Shown one piece after another: positions 47,411-59,563 of a stretch of 64,000 bases of DNA; within the stretch, counting starts at the first letter, position 1, and each line of letters opens with the position of its first letter. Origin of the DNA: an uncultured Pseudohongiella sp. (GTDB lineage Bacteria > Pseudomonadota > Gammaproteobacteria > Pseudomonadales > Pseudohongiellaceae); NCBI GenBank assembly GCA_965221805.1, contig OZ244913.1:345724-409723 (forward strand). Direction: 5' to 3'. The position numbers and the translations under genes were made by a program. The notes beneath the pieces are model-generated. The model was not told where the DNA came from and ran no database searches. It saw only the letters and a list, made by a program, of their open reading frames with translations.

Positions 47411-49048
47411 CTACTCGGGCCGCACCGCCCGGAATGCCTGGCTGGTGGCGAGGTCGCGCAGCAGGGCCCGGAAGCGGTGGCCGTTGCCGGCAAAGCGCTC
47501 CTCAAGCCAGTCGAGGCTGTCGCGGTCGCGCGGGCGGGATGCCGGCCCGCCGGTGCCATAGGCGTAGAGCCGGTTGACCAGGCAGGACGACAGCGCCGGA
47601 TGCTCGCGCAGGGCGGTGGCCAGGCCGGGGATTGTGTCGAAGGCCACGCCGTCGAGTTCGCCGCTGATGTCGAGCGGCGCCCCGTTTTCGGAATCGCGGT
47701 GGATGCCGGCGCCATCGAAATTCTCCAGCGCCAGGCCGAGTGGATCCATCAGCCGGTGGCAGCCGGCGCAGGATGGATTGCTGCGGTGCACTTCCAGCCG
47801 GTCCCGGGCGGTGAGCGCGCCCTCGGCCTCTTCCAGCGCGGTGAAATCCACATCCGGCGGCGCGTCGGGAACGCGCTGGCAGAGGAAAAGCTCGCGCACC
47901 GCCCGGCCGCGCAGGGTGGGCGAACTGCGCACGGCGTGTGAATTGGCGGCGAGAAAACTGATATGCGTCAACAGGCCCATGCGCGGACTGTCCTGGGCGA
48001 AGCGGTGGGGCGTCCAGCCCTCCCCGGCGGGCACGCCATAGACCGGCGCGAGCTGCATCGACATGAACGTCTTTCTGGTGGTGAACAAGTCGCGATAGTC
48101 CGCGTTTTCTGTTAGCAGATGATCCACGACTGTCAGCAGGGTCTGCTCGCGCGCCTGTTCCAGCGTGGCGCCGGTCACCGCGGGGTACACGCTGGGGTCC
48201 TTGGCGAGGCTGTGGAATTCGTCGAAGGCCAGCAGGTCATCGAAGAACGCGCGCACGCCGTCCTCAAGCCGGGGGCTTTGCAGCAAGCGCTCCACCGCGG
48301 CGTTCAAACCCGCCTCGCTGTGCAGTTCGCCGCTTCCGGCCGCCGCCAGCAGCGCCGCGTCCGGCGGCGCGTTCCACAGCAGGAAACTGAGCCGGGAGGC
48401 CAGCGAGTAGGCATCGAGGCGCGCTTCGCCCGGCCGCCGCGGGTCGGGCTCGGACTGTTCCACGATGAACAGGAACTCCGGGCTGATGAGAATGGCCTCA
48501 AGCGCCAGGGCGAGTCCGTCATGGAAGCTTCCGGTTTCCTCCGCGGCGTAATTGGCCAGCGACACGAGTTCGGCCAGGCGGTCCCCGACCAGCGGGCGCC
48601 GGGTCAACAGCAGGCCCGCGTCGGAAAGAAACAGCCGGGCGCAGGCGGAGTCGGCCGCCGCCGGCGATTCGGGCCGGCAGGGCAGGAGAAAGTCCCGGTG
48701 GTCCTCATCGACGACCTTTTCCGCCACGGCGGCCGCGGCGAGTTGAATCTGCGAGATCTGGTCCGAGGTTGCGCCAACGAAGGCGGCGCCGGATGCGAGC
48801 AGGCCATCGGTGCGGTCCATCGGCGGTATGGGCGGCAGGATGCCGGCGGCGATATCGCCGCCAAAAACCCCGGCGATGGTGTTGGCGTACTGCCCGGCGG
48901 TCAGCATCCGCGCGCGCAGCGGCGTGGCGCCCTCGCCGGAGTCGGCAAAGTCCATGCCTTCCGGCTGGCAGGCGGCAAGCGAGCCGAGCAGGAGAATTGG
49001 CAGGAGCAGTTTGCATCCCGCCACGCTGGATTTGTTGTTGGATGACAT
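47411..49048 (-). CDS. DUF1592/DUF1588/DUF1585-type protein with CxxCH heme-binding motif
   Basis: 545-aa ORF. Lipoprotein-like signal (LLGSLAAC). PSCAGCHRLMDPLGLALENFDGAG is the usual partner signature of DUF1552 proteins. Confidence 0.8.
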   Translation of the reverse strand: MSSNNKSSVAGCKLLLPILLLGSLAACQPEGMDFADSGEGATPLRARMLTAGQYANTIAGVFGGDIAAGILPPIPPMDRTDGLLASGAAFVGATSDQISQIQLAAAAVAEKVVDEDHRDFLLPCRPESPAAADSACARLFLSDAGLLLTRRPLVGDRLAELVSLANYAAEETGSFHDGLALALEAILISPEFLFIVEQSEPDPRRPGEARLDAYSLASRLSFLLWNAPPDAALLAAAGSGELHSEAGLNAAVERLLQSPRLEDGVRAFFDDLLAFDEFHSLAKDPSVYPAVTGATLEQAREQTLLTVVDHLLTENADYRDLFTTRKTFMSMQLAPVYGVPAGEGWTPHRFAQDSPRMGLLTHISFLAANSHAVRSSPTLRGRAVRELFLCQRVPDAPPDVDFTALEEAEGALTARDRLEVHRSNPSCAGCHRLMDPLGLALENFDGAGIHRDSENGAPLDISGELDGVAFDTIPGLATALREHPALSSCLVNRLYAYGTGGPASRPRDRDSLDWLEERFAGNGHRFRALLRDLATSQAFRAVRPE

Positions 49049-49197
49049 AAGCAGAGCGAGCCCTTGTGTGGTCTAACTTACCGCAACAGCGCGTCCCGTC
49101 AAGCCATATCGGGGTCCGAGTCCAACCAGCGGATGCGAAATTCCGCCGCGTTGCGGTAGCATGGAGACGTATCGAACGCCAATCCTCGCGAGCGAAC

Positions 49198-50142
49198 ATG
49201 GCAACAGATCCAACCCCGCGGCGGGAACGCCCGGCGAAAACACGCGCCACCGGCATCACGCTGGCTTGCCTGCTCTTCCTGCTTCCGGTTCATTCGGTGG
49301 CGCAAGAAGCGGCTGCCCAGGAAGCGGTGACCCGGGACACTCCCGCCGATGAAGCAACGCAAACCCCGCCGCCGGCGCCGCGGCCAATCGCCGCGGGGCA
49401 ATCCTGGTGGCTCGAAGAACTCACCTCGATGGAGATTCGCGACCGGGTCGCCGCCGGCGCCACGACGGTGATCATCCCCACCGGCGGCATCGAGGAAAAC
49501 GGCCCCTATCTCGCCACCGGCAAACACAATCTGATCCTGCAATCCGTCTGCCCGGCGATCGCGGCCCGGCTCGGCAACGCGCTGTGCGCGCCAATCGTCA
49601 AGTTTGTGCCCCAGGGCGATATCGATCCGCCATCCGGGGCGATGCGCTTCCCGGGTTCCATCAGCCTCAGCGCCGAAGTCTATGAAGGCCTGCTCACCGA
49701 TATCGCGGCCAGCCTGCGGCAGGCGGGTTTCGCCGACATTGTGCTGATCGGCGACAGCGGCGGCAACCAGGCCGGCATGGCGCGGGTCGCCGACCGGCTC
49801 TCCCGGCAATGGGGCGATTCGGCGCGCATCCATTTCATCGGCGAGTTTTACGATCCGGGCTGGGCCGAGACCGAGCGGTACACCGAACAGGAACTCGGCA
49901 TCGCCGAAACCCGCCACGACGGCTTCCACGACGACATCTGGGTCACCGCCATGATGATGGTGGCCGACCCAAACCAAGTCCGCCACCAACAGCGCCTAGA
50001 GGCCGGCCTCGCCTCCATCAACGGCGTATCCATCGCCGACCTCGCCGCCACCGTCGAACTGGGCCAAAAAATGATCGCCTTCCGCGCCGCCCACGCAGCA
50101 AAGGCAATCCGCGGGGTCATAGAAGCCGGGGCATCGAGGTAA
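49198..50142 (+). CDS. creatininase-family amidohydrolase, secreted
   Basis: Start taken at MATDPTP. Signal peptide. WWLEELTSMEIRD..VIIPTGGIEENGPYLATGKH is a creatininase-fold signature. Confidence 0.75.
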   Translation: MATDPTPRRERPAKTRATGITLACLLFLLPVHSVAQEAAAQEAVTRDTPADEATQTPPPAPRPIAAGQSWWLEELTSMEIRDRVAAGATTVIIPTGGIEENGPYLATGKHNLILQSVCPAIAARLGNALCAPIVKFVPQGDIDPPSGAMRFPGSISLSAEVYEGLLTDIAASLRQAGFADIVLIGDSGGNQAGMARVADRLSRQWGDSARIHFIGEFYDPGWAETERYTEQELGIAETRHDGFHDDIWVTAMMMVADPNQVRHQQRLEAGLASINGVSIADLAATVELGQKMIAFRAAHAAKAIRGVIEAGASR

Positions 50143-50336
50143 AGCGGCCAAACACTGCGGATTTCCCCAATTTCATTGCCAAATCCGCGACATGGTTTTA
50201 CATTGTCCAATGATCTCTTTCCGCGCAGCCGACTGGATTCGCCGGGAATGGCGCATGGGATAATTTGGCAATGCGAAACTGCACAAATGGCTTCTCCGGG
50301 GCGGCGCCCGAGCCGCGGGCCGAGAGGCGGGCCAGC

Positions 50337-51620
50337 ATGAGGCGACCGACCGCTCTGGACGTTTTTGCCGGCGTCGGCGGTTTGAGCCTCGGCTTCGAGC
50401 AAGCCGGGTTCGACATTGCCGCGGCGGTCGAGATCGATCCGGTTCACGCCGCCACGCACGAGTTCAACTTTCCGCATTGCCGGATGCACTGCGCGGACGC
50501 GACCGAAATCTCCGGGGCCGCCATCGCCCGGGAGCTTTCGGCGCCGATCGATGTAATCGTCGGAGGCGCGCCCTGCCAAGGTTTTTCCATGATCGGCAAG
50601 CGCGCTCTCGACGACCCGCGAAACCAGCTCATCAAGCACTTCCTCCGCTTGGTCGTCGAACTCGAGCCGTCCGTGTTCGTGCTCGAAAACGTGCGCGGGC
50701 TGACCGTCGGAAAGCATCGACAACTCCTTGACGAATTGACTGTGGAGTTCGAGGCGGCGGGTTATTCGGTGGCGCTCCCTTGGCAGGTTCTGAATGCTCG
50801 CCACTTCGGCGTTCCACAAGACCGGCAGCGGCTTTTTCTGCTGGGAGCGAAGGGCGCCGCCGCTCCTGGATACCCGATCACCGAGATCATGGCACCCATG
50901 CCGACCTGCCACGATGCGCTGCATGATCTGCCGGATGCCGAGCAATTCGAGGAACTGATTTCCTCAGACAGCGTGCACGTCGGGGAACCACCCGCGACAT
51001 TGAGCGCCTACGCGAAGGAGATGAGGTGTCTCAGCGGTGACGCTTGGCATCATGGTTATCAGCGCGAGTGGAACCCGCATCTAATGACGGCAAGTTTGCG
51101 GACGGCTCACACCGAAATTTCCCGAAGGCGATTCCGCGATACGCGGTCCGCGGCGGTTGAACCCATTTCCCGGTTTTACAAGCTGGCGGCGAGCGGGGTG
51201 TCGAATACCTTGCGCGCCGGCACGGACTCCGCCCGTGGCGCGTTCACGAGCCCCCGGCCGATTCATTACCGCTACCACCGCTGCGTCACAGTGCGGGAAA
51301 TGGCGCGGCTCCATGGGTTCCCGGACTGGTTCCGCTTTCACGTCACCAAGTGGCACGGCGGGCGGCAGATCGGCAATTCGGTGCCTCCCCCGCTGGCGCG
51401 GGCGGTCGCCGGTTCCGTGCGCGAGGCGCTCGGCGCTGACCCGGCCTCGCCCAAGCGATCGATCCCGCTAGGTCATCCCAAACTCCTGCAAATGGATATG
51501 ACCGAAGCCGCCGCGTACTGGAGCGTGGATGTTCCCATCGCGAAGCGGGACCGCAAAAGCGGCGCCACCAAGCGCAAGCAACAGGATATAGAGCGGGAAC
51601 TCGCCCGCGCCAGCGCATGA
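50337..51620 (+). CDS. dcm: DNA (cytosine-5)-methyltransferase
   Basis: Motifs I FAGVGG, IV GAPCQGFS, VI ENVRGL, VIII QDRQRLF, X GNSVPPPLA. The start could also be 50265. Confidence 0.9.
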   Translation: MRRPTALDVFAGVGGLSLGFEQAGFDIAAAVEIDPVHAATHEFNFPHCRMHCADATEISGAAIARELSAPIDVIVGGAPCQGFSMIGKRALDDPRNQLIKHFLRLVVELEPSVFVLENVRGLTVGKHRQLLDELTVEFEAAGYSVALPWQVLNARHFGVPQDRQRLFLLGAKGAAAPGYPITEIMAPMPTCHDALHDLPDAEQFEELISSDSVHVGEPPATLSAYAKEMRCLSGDAWHHGYQREWNPHLMTASLRTAHTEISRRRFRDTRSAAVEPISRFYKLAASGVSNTLRAGTDSARGAFTSPRPIHYRYHRCVTVREMARLHGFPDWFRFHVTKWHGGRQIGNSVPPPLARAVAGSVREALGADPASPKRSIPLGHPKLLQMDMTEAAAYWSVDVPIAKRDRKSGATKRKQQDIERELARASA

Positions 51621-52018
51621 GTTACGATGGAGAACGATGAAATCAGGATCGTTCAGGAGAGACACTACCGACTCGTCCCGGCAACCGAAGTCACGGCGGA
51701 CGATCTCGCTCGCTACCGCAATTCCACCTGAGGTTTGAATCGACCGGGTGGAGCAAACCATGCGCTGTTATCCACAAACCGGCGTTTCATCGCGGTGGGT
51801 TGTCATTGGGATACAAGTACCGATCATGTTGTTCGCCATGGGCGAGCGCATCTTCGCCAATGCCGGCAATGGCGTCCAGACTTCCGCGCGCGGCGGGGGA
51901 AGACGCCGTTGACGAAGCGCCGAGAATGTCGCGCTCCAACGCGGGCAGGCTGTTTCCTTCGCGTTCGGCACGCTCCTTCCGAGTCAGCACCCCGCATCCA
52001 TGTGCTTGCCCGCCAACT

Positions 52019-53356
52019 CTACCCGGAGGCACTGCAATACTCCACAAGCGCCGAGCGGCCCACGATGTTGATTATGCGCACGTGCAAGACGGTTCCTTCG
52101 GCGTCGGTCAGTTGCAGCGCTTCGCCGGGGATGAAATGGACGGGTTGTTGTTGACCTTCGTTGATTGCGATGTTCGACGCATGGAGATAAGTCCGGTCGT
52201 GGGAGTCGCGGACGGGGTTCAGTCTGCCTTTCAATCCGGGTACTTGCCCTGTGGCCTCGGGGAAAATCACACTTCCGCCTTGCGGCAAGGCCCCAAGATC
52301 AAGCGCGAGCGCCCGCTCGGCCGGAATCCAGTCCCGCTCCAGGTGCGCGGCATATCCCGGCGCGGCGGCATAAACCGTCATTGGCAACTGCGTGGTGTGC
52401 AGATCCACCGCCGCCTCGCCTTGGCTGTCCGTGGTCCCCCGGACCCAGGTCTTGTTCGGAAACAGGAGCAAGAGGTCCGCGCCCCCGACCGGTTCGCCAC
52501 CGGACCGCACAGCGACTGTGGCATGGGCGGGACTTTGTTCCTGCGTCGCTGCGGGAATAACGAGGAGAACCTCCGAATCGCCGATCACCCGATACTCGGG
52601 CTCTTTTCCGCACAGTTCCGAGGTCTCGCGGCGGATGATGGGGACACCATCGCCGCGGCGCTCCATGAAGTAGCGCCTGTCGTCGCCGCCAGGGGTTCCA
52701 CTGACGGGTATCCGCGCCATTGCCGAAGCGAGAGCCTCGTTTCGCGTCGATTGTCTCAGGGACATGCTCTCCACCGTCAAATTGTTTGGCAACGAGCCGG
52801 GAGATTGAATCTCCAGCCGATCACTGAACATGGACAGGCGGATCTTGCTTCCGCGCATCGAATAGTCGCGATGGACCACCGCGTTCACCAAGGCCTCGAA
52901 CACGGCTTTTTGGCTGTACTGTGGCAAATCCACCCGGGCGGGTTCCTTTCGCGCCGCCACCCGCATGTTCCTGATGACAAACGCGGCGGCGCCGGCAATT
53001 TGCTCGTATAGCGGGCCGGTGATCTCCCTGGCGTCGGTCTGGTCCGACGAGCGGTCCACGCCGCGGTATCGGGTCGCCGTTATGCTGGCGTTCGGCAGCC
53101 ATGCCTCGGGATTTGGCGCGCACAACAACACGCCCGCGACACTAGCGCGAAGAATCCCATTTTCGTCCTCTTCCAGAAGCGCGAGTTTACCGAGCGCCGC
53201 CTCGGGTTCCGCCGCGCCCTCGGCGCTAAGCAACGGCTTCCAGAGCGACTCCGCCAAGGTTTTGAATCCCGTCTCCGGCACCGGTTGCTTGTCGAACCAG
53301 AGAAAGCGGGTCAGAAACCGAAGCTGGCTTTCAATTTGTTCGGCGCTGTAGTTCAT
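52019..53356 (-). CDS. HATPase_c_4-type 'RecG-like' ATP-binding protein with partial AlbA_2 N-domain and novel C-terminal extension
   Basis: Start taken at MNYSAEQ. AVFEALVNAVVHRDYSMRGSKIRLSMFSDRLEIQSPGSLP core. The usual N-terminal half of AlbA_2 is not seen. About 170-aa beta-rich tail. Confidence 0.65.
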   Translation of the reverse strand: MNYSAEQIESQLRFLTRFLWFDKQPVPETGFKTLAESLWKPLLSAEGAAEPEAALGKLALLEEDENGILRASVAGVLLCAPNPEAWLPNASITATRYRGVDRSSDQTDAREITGPLYEQIAGAAAFVIRNMRVAARKEPARVDLPQYSQKAVFEALVNAVVHRDYSMRGSKIRLSMFSDRLEIQSPGSLPNNLTVESMSLRQSTRNEALASAMARIPVSGTPGGDDRRYFMERRGDGVPIIRRETSELCGKEPEYRVIGDSEVLLVIPAATQEQSPAHATVAVRSGGEPVGGADLLLLFPNKTWVRGTTDSQGEAAVDLHTTQLPMTVYAAAPGYAAHLERDWIPAERALALDLGALPQGGSVIFPEATGQVPGLKGRLNPVRDSHDRTYLHASNIAINEGQQQPVHFIPGEALQLTDAEGTVLHVRIINIVGRSALVEYCSASG

Positions 53357-53611
53357 GATTCTGCGCTTTTGGCGACCGGTTGGGCTTGCCGTGATATTGC
53401 GGCTGGCGTGACGGGCCAGTTGCGGGCACAACTTGATTATGCCAGCGCATTATAGGCTGCCGCATGGTCAGAGTCCCGCTGATTGAATTGCCGGCGAAAC
53501 GATTGGCTTTCCGTCGATCCAAATTGACGGCGGTTTGGCAATCGCCGCGCCAACGCCCATAATCCCCAGCGAGATTCAGCGGGAAAATCTCGCCGGGAAA
53601 AGCCACCAAAC

Positions 53612-53836
53612 ATGCTTAACGACCTCATCGACGCGAGCGGGCGCGGTTCCGAGTTTTTCGTCGGCGTGAGCCTCGTTGTGTTCATGGTGCTCGCGCTTTT
53701 GGTGGTGGTGTTCCGCATGCTCAGAATCCTGCGGGCCGCGAGCCGGCAGCCGCGGCGGCGGCCCAACCTGCGGCCGCTGCGCCGGCGGGCAGATTCCCAA
53801 GCCGCGCAGGATGAAGCCCCGGAGGGGGAAACGTGA
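53612..53836 (+). CDS. small single-pass membrane protein
   Basis: 74-aa ORF. TM helix FFVGVSLVVFMVLALLVVVF followed by an Arg-rich tail. Its stop overlaps the protease start region. Confidence 0.35.
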   Translation: MLNDLIDASGRGSEFFVGVSLVVFMVLALLVVVFRMLRILRAASRQPRRRPNLRPLRRRADSQAAQDEAPEGET

Positions 53837-54681
53837 GCATGGGCGGCCCGGGGCTTCGCGGTTCCCTGATTGCCTTGACGAGCCTCGCCCTGCTCGCCTT
53901 CAGCGGCGGCGGCGCGGCCATCATCATCCGCCACGATGTCAATCCCCGCGGGCATGAAGTCCGCGCCAGCGAATTCCCGGCGGTTTTCCACCTCGAACAG
54001 CGCGGCGGGGACCGAATCTGCGCGGCGACGGCCGTCCATCCCCGCTGGGCGATCACCGCCGCCCATTGCGTTTTTGCAACCACGCTGTCGCGAATCGTCG
54101 CCGATGGTGGTCAGTATCGAGTCCGGGTTGGCGGCAGGGACCGGCTGATCGAAGCCGTCGTCTTGCACCCGGATTACGACGAGGACATCGCCGCGAGCAC
54201 TGATCTGGCCCTGCTGCGCTTCCAAGACGCGCGTCCAGCGCCGCTCATCCCATTGCAAACCGAAGCCGATGAACTCGCCCAGGTCGCCACGCTGCTGGGT
54301 TGGGGATTCTCCGGCTGGGGAACCAGCGGCCGGGAGTTTTCCGACGGCAGGCTGCGCAAGGCGGAAAACCGCATCGAGCAAGCCGGCGGGCGATTGCGAA
54401 TGCGCTTCGACGACCCCCGCGACCCCAACTCAGCCGCTCTGCCCATGGAAGGCACCCCGGGCCTGTGGGACAGCGGCGGCCCCGCCCTGCTCGGCGGCCC
54501 GGGTGATTACCGCCTGGCCGGTGTCGCCGTCGGCGAAATCGAAGGCGAACACTTCAGCGAAGAAACCCAGGGCCGCTACGGCGCCATCGCGGTCTACGAG
54601 CGCGTCAGCCGCCACCTCGGCTGGATCGAATCCACCATCGGCGCCAGCGCCGCGGCGACAGACAAACCCCGGCCCGATTAG
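53833..54681 (+). CDS. secreted trypsin-like (S1) serine protease
   Basis: 282-aa ORF with a signal peptide. His motif WAITAAHC and Ser motif LWDSGGPAL. Confidence 0.8.
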   Translation: MSMGGPGLRGSLIALTSLALLAFSGGGAAIIIRHDVNPRGHEVRASEFPAVFHLEQRGGDRICAATAVHPRWAITAAHCVFATTLSRIVADGGQYRVRVGGRDRLIEAVVLHPDYDEDIAASTDLALLRFQDARPAPLIPLQTEADELAQVATLLGWGFSGWGTSGREFSDGRLRKAENRIEQAGGRLRMRFDDPRDPNSAALPMEGTPGLWDSGGPALLGGPGDYRLAGVAVGEIEGEHFSEETQGRYGAIAVYERVSRHLGWIESTIGASAAATDKPRPD

Positions 54682-54745
54682 CACCCGGGATTAAATCTGC
54701 TACCATGCGGAGCGTTTTCCATTGACGATTTCCACACAGGAGCGG

Positions 54746-55231
54746 ATGCAGATGACGATAGCAGCGGGCGACCGGGTTCCGGCGGCGACCTTTCACGTGA
54801 TGACCGGCGAAGGTCCCAAGCCGTTGAGCAGCGGCGAGGTTTTTGGCGGCAAGAAAGTCGTCCTGTTTATGGTGCCGGGGGCGTTCACGCCGATTTGCGC
54901 GCAGACGCATCTGCCGGGGTATGTGGTCAATGCCGACGCCATCAAGGCCAAGGGTGTCGATACCATCGCCTGCGTGGCGGTTAACGACGCCTTCGTCATG
55001 AGTGCCTGGGGCGCGGCGCAGAACGCAGAAAACCTGCTGCTGCTCGCCGACGGCAACGGCGAGTTCGTCGAGGCGGCGGGGCTCGGCGCCGATTTCAGCG
55101 GCGTCGGCATGGGCAACCGGGCCAAGCGCTGCGCGATGATCGTCGATGACGGGGTGGTCAGCCATCTGGTGGTCGAGCCGGGCGTGGAGGTCGGCGACAG
55201 TTCGGCTGATTCGATCCTGGCGCATTTGTAA
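54746..55231 (+). CDS. Prx5-type peroxiredoxin
   Basis: PGAFTPICAQTHLPGY peroxidatic Cys motif. The track ORF begins at a TTG (54722). ATGs at 54746 and 54752 follow AGGAG. Confidence 0.9.
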   Translation: MQMTIAAGDRVPAATFHVMTGEGPKPLSSGEVFGGKKVVLFMVPGAFTPICAQTHLPGYVVNADAIKAKGVDTIACVAVNDAFVMSAWGAAQNAENLLLLADGNGEFVEAAGLGADFSGVGMGNRAKRCAMIVDDGVVSHLVVEPGVEVGDSSADSILAHL

Positions 55232-55374
55232 GCCGGCGTGGTTGACCCGCTGAATCCGGGGAATCTTCAGCGGCATCGCGCTGTTCCGTTGTCCAGATCA
55301 AGGGCGAAAACTGGGGCGCGCAAACCTGGGTGCCCAAACTTGGGTCCGAATGGCCAGATTGCGGGAGCGAGCGC

Positions 55375-56091
55375 ATGATTACCGAGCTGATCGAATACCA
55401 CGATGGCGGCACCGTCCTTGAAGGCTATGCCGCCTACGAGGCGTCCGCGACCCAAAAACCGCTGGTGCTCGTGGGGCACGACTGGGCCGGCCGGCGCGAG
55501 TTCGCCTGCAAGGCCGCCGAGCGCGTCGCCGGGCTGGGTTATGTCGGCTTCGCCATCGACATGTACGGCAAGGGTGTTTTCGGCGCCGACGGCGATGTCG
55601 AGCGCAACTCTTCCTTGATGGGCCCCTTCGCTGCCGACCGCGCCCTGCTGCGCCGCCGGATTCGCGCCGCGCTGGTGGCGGGCCGCAACATTCCCCAGGT
55701 CAAGGCGACCCATGCCGCGGCCATGGGCTATTGTTTCGGCGGCATGTGCGTGCTCGAACTCGCCCGCTCCGGCGCCGACCTGCGCGGCGTGGTGAGCATC
55801 CACGGCATATTCTCCCCGGGCGACGTTCCCAACGAAAAAATCCGCGCCAAGGTGCTTTGCCTGCACGGCCACGACGACCCGATGGTGCCGCCGGAGCAGG
55901 TGTTGGCCTTCCAACAGGAGATGAGCGCCGCCAGCGTCGATTGGCAGGTCCACAGCTACGGCGGAACCATGCACGCCTTCACCAATCCAGCGGCGAACAA
56001 TCCCGGATTCGGCACCGTCCACAACCCCACCGCCGAACGCCGCGCCTACCAGGCGCTGGAAAACTTCCTCGCGGAAATTTTCGCCGGGTGA
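55375..56091 (+). CDS. dienelactone hydrolase family protein
   Basis: MITELIEYHDGG start. Nucleophile elbow GYCFGG, LHGHDDPMVP, MHAFTNP. Confidence 0.85.
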   Translation: MITELIEYHDGGTVLEGYAAYEASATQKPLVLVGHDWAGRREFACKAAERVAGLGYVGFAIDMYGKGVFGADGDVERNSSLMGPFAADRALLRRRIRAALVAGRNIPQVKATHAAAMGYCFGGMCVLELARSGADLRGVVSIHGIFSPGDVPNEKIRAKVLCLHGHDDPMVPPEQVLAFQQEMSAASVDWQVHSYGGTMHAFTNPAANNPGFGTVHNPTAERRAYQALENFLAEIFAG

Positions 56092-56130
56092 GAAGCGGGA
56101 TGCTTTATCCCGCCCGAGGCTCGTTCTGCC

Positions 56131-56293
56131 CGTCATTCTTCCTTCGCTACGCGCGGAATGACGAAGGGGCCCCGCACTAAGGGAGCGCGGCGGTGGCTGA
56201 AAGGGGCCCGGCGCAAGCCGGGAAAGCATTCAGCCACCGACGGCAAGCGACCGGTGCCCGATTTTGCAACTACGCTTCGCTCCGCGCGGAATG
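56131..56293 (-). repeat. structured dispersed repeat, copy 2 (inverted relative to 15391-15582)
   Basis: The reverse complement carries CATTCCGCGCGGAGCGAAGC, GCACCGGTCGCTTGCCGTCGG, TTCCCGGCTTGCGCCGGGCCCCTT, CACCGCCGCGCTCCCTTAGTGC and CGTCATTCCGCGCGTAGCGAAG, in the same order as copy 1. Confidence 0.75.
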
Positions 56294-56327
56294 TATAATC
56301 CCGCGCTTTGCCGGGCCGCCGCCCCAC

Positions 56328-59017
<2,690 letters not shown>

Positions 59018-59190
59018 AACCTTCCGCCGCATACCCCGCGACCCAACGGCGACTAAGGCTGTGCAGATTCCATGGCAGGTTTTCCCTTTTCCAACGGCGA
59101 AGGATCGAAGCCACAGAACCGCACTTGAGAAATTGGCCGGTGAAACTTAACATTCGGGGCTGACTGGGAAATCGGCCGGGAGGTCACCTG

Positions 59191-59517
59191 ATGAATTGGT
59201 TTTTCAGCACCGCGCATGCCCAGACCGCGGCGCAGCAGCCTTCGCTCGCCTTCAACTTTGTCTTGTTCGGCGGCTTGATCCTGATGTTCTGGCTGTTGCT
59301 GATCCGGCCCCAGTCCAAGCGGGCGAAAGAGCACCGGGAATTGGTCGCCAGCATCGACAAGGGCGACGAGATCATGACCTCCGGCGGACTGCTCGGCAAG
59401 GTGACCAAGGTCAGCGGCGAATACATGCTGCTGCAGGTTGCCAACGGCGTTGAAATCAAGCTGCAAAAAACCTCGATCGCCGCCGCCCTGCCCAAAGGCA
59501 CCTTGGAGCAGATATGA
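59191..59517 (+). CDS. yajC: preprotein translocase subunit YajC
   Basis: 108-aa ORF with FWLLLIRPQSKRAKEHRELV...GDEIMTSGGLLGKV. Confidence 0.9.
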   Translation: MNWFFSTAHAQTAAQQPSLAFNFVLFGGLILMFWLLLIRPQSKRAKEHRELVASIDKGDEIMTSGGLLGKVTKVSGEYMLLQVANGVEIKLQKTSIAAALPKGTLEQI

Positions 59518-59563
59518 TCCCGGTCCCGGAAATCGCCCCGGACGCCGCCGTTGGGAACAACCC

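Noticed and set aside
51468-52047. vsr or restriction partner for dcm among the small ORFs 51468..51761 (-), 51787..52047 (-) and 51735..52154 (+)
   Set aside because: None shows Vsr or nuclease motifs. They overlap each other or the dcm 3' end and have no convincing start signals.
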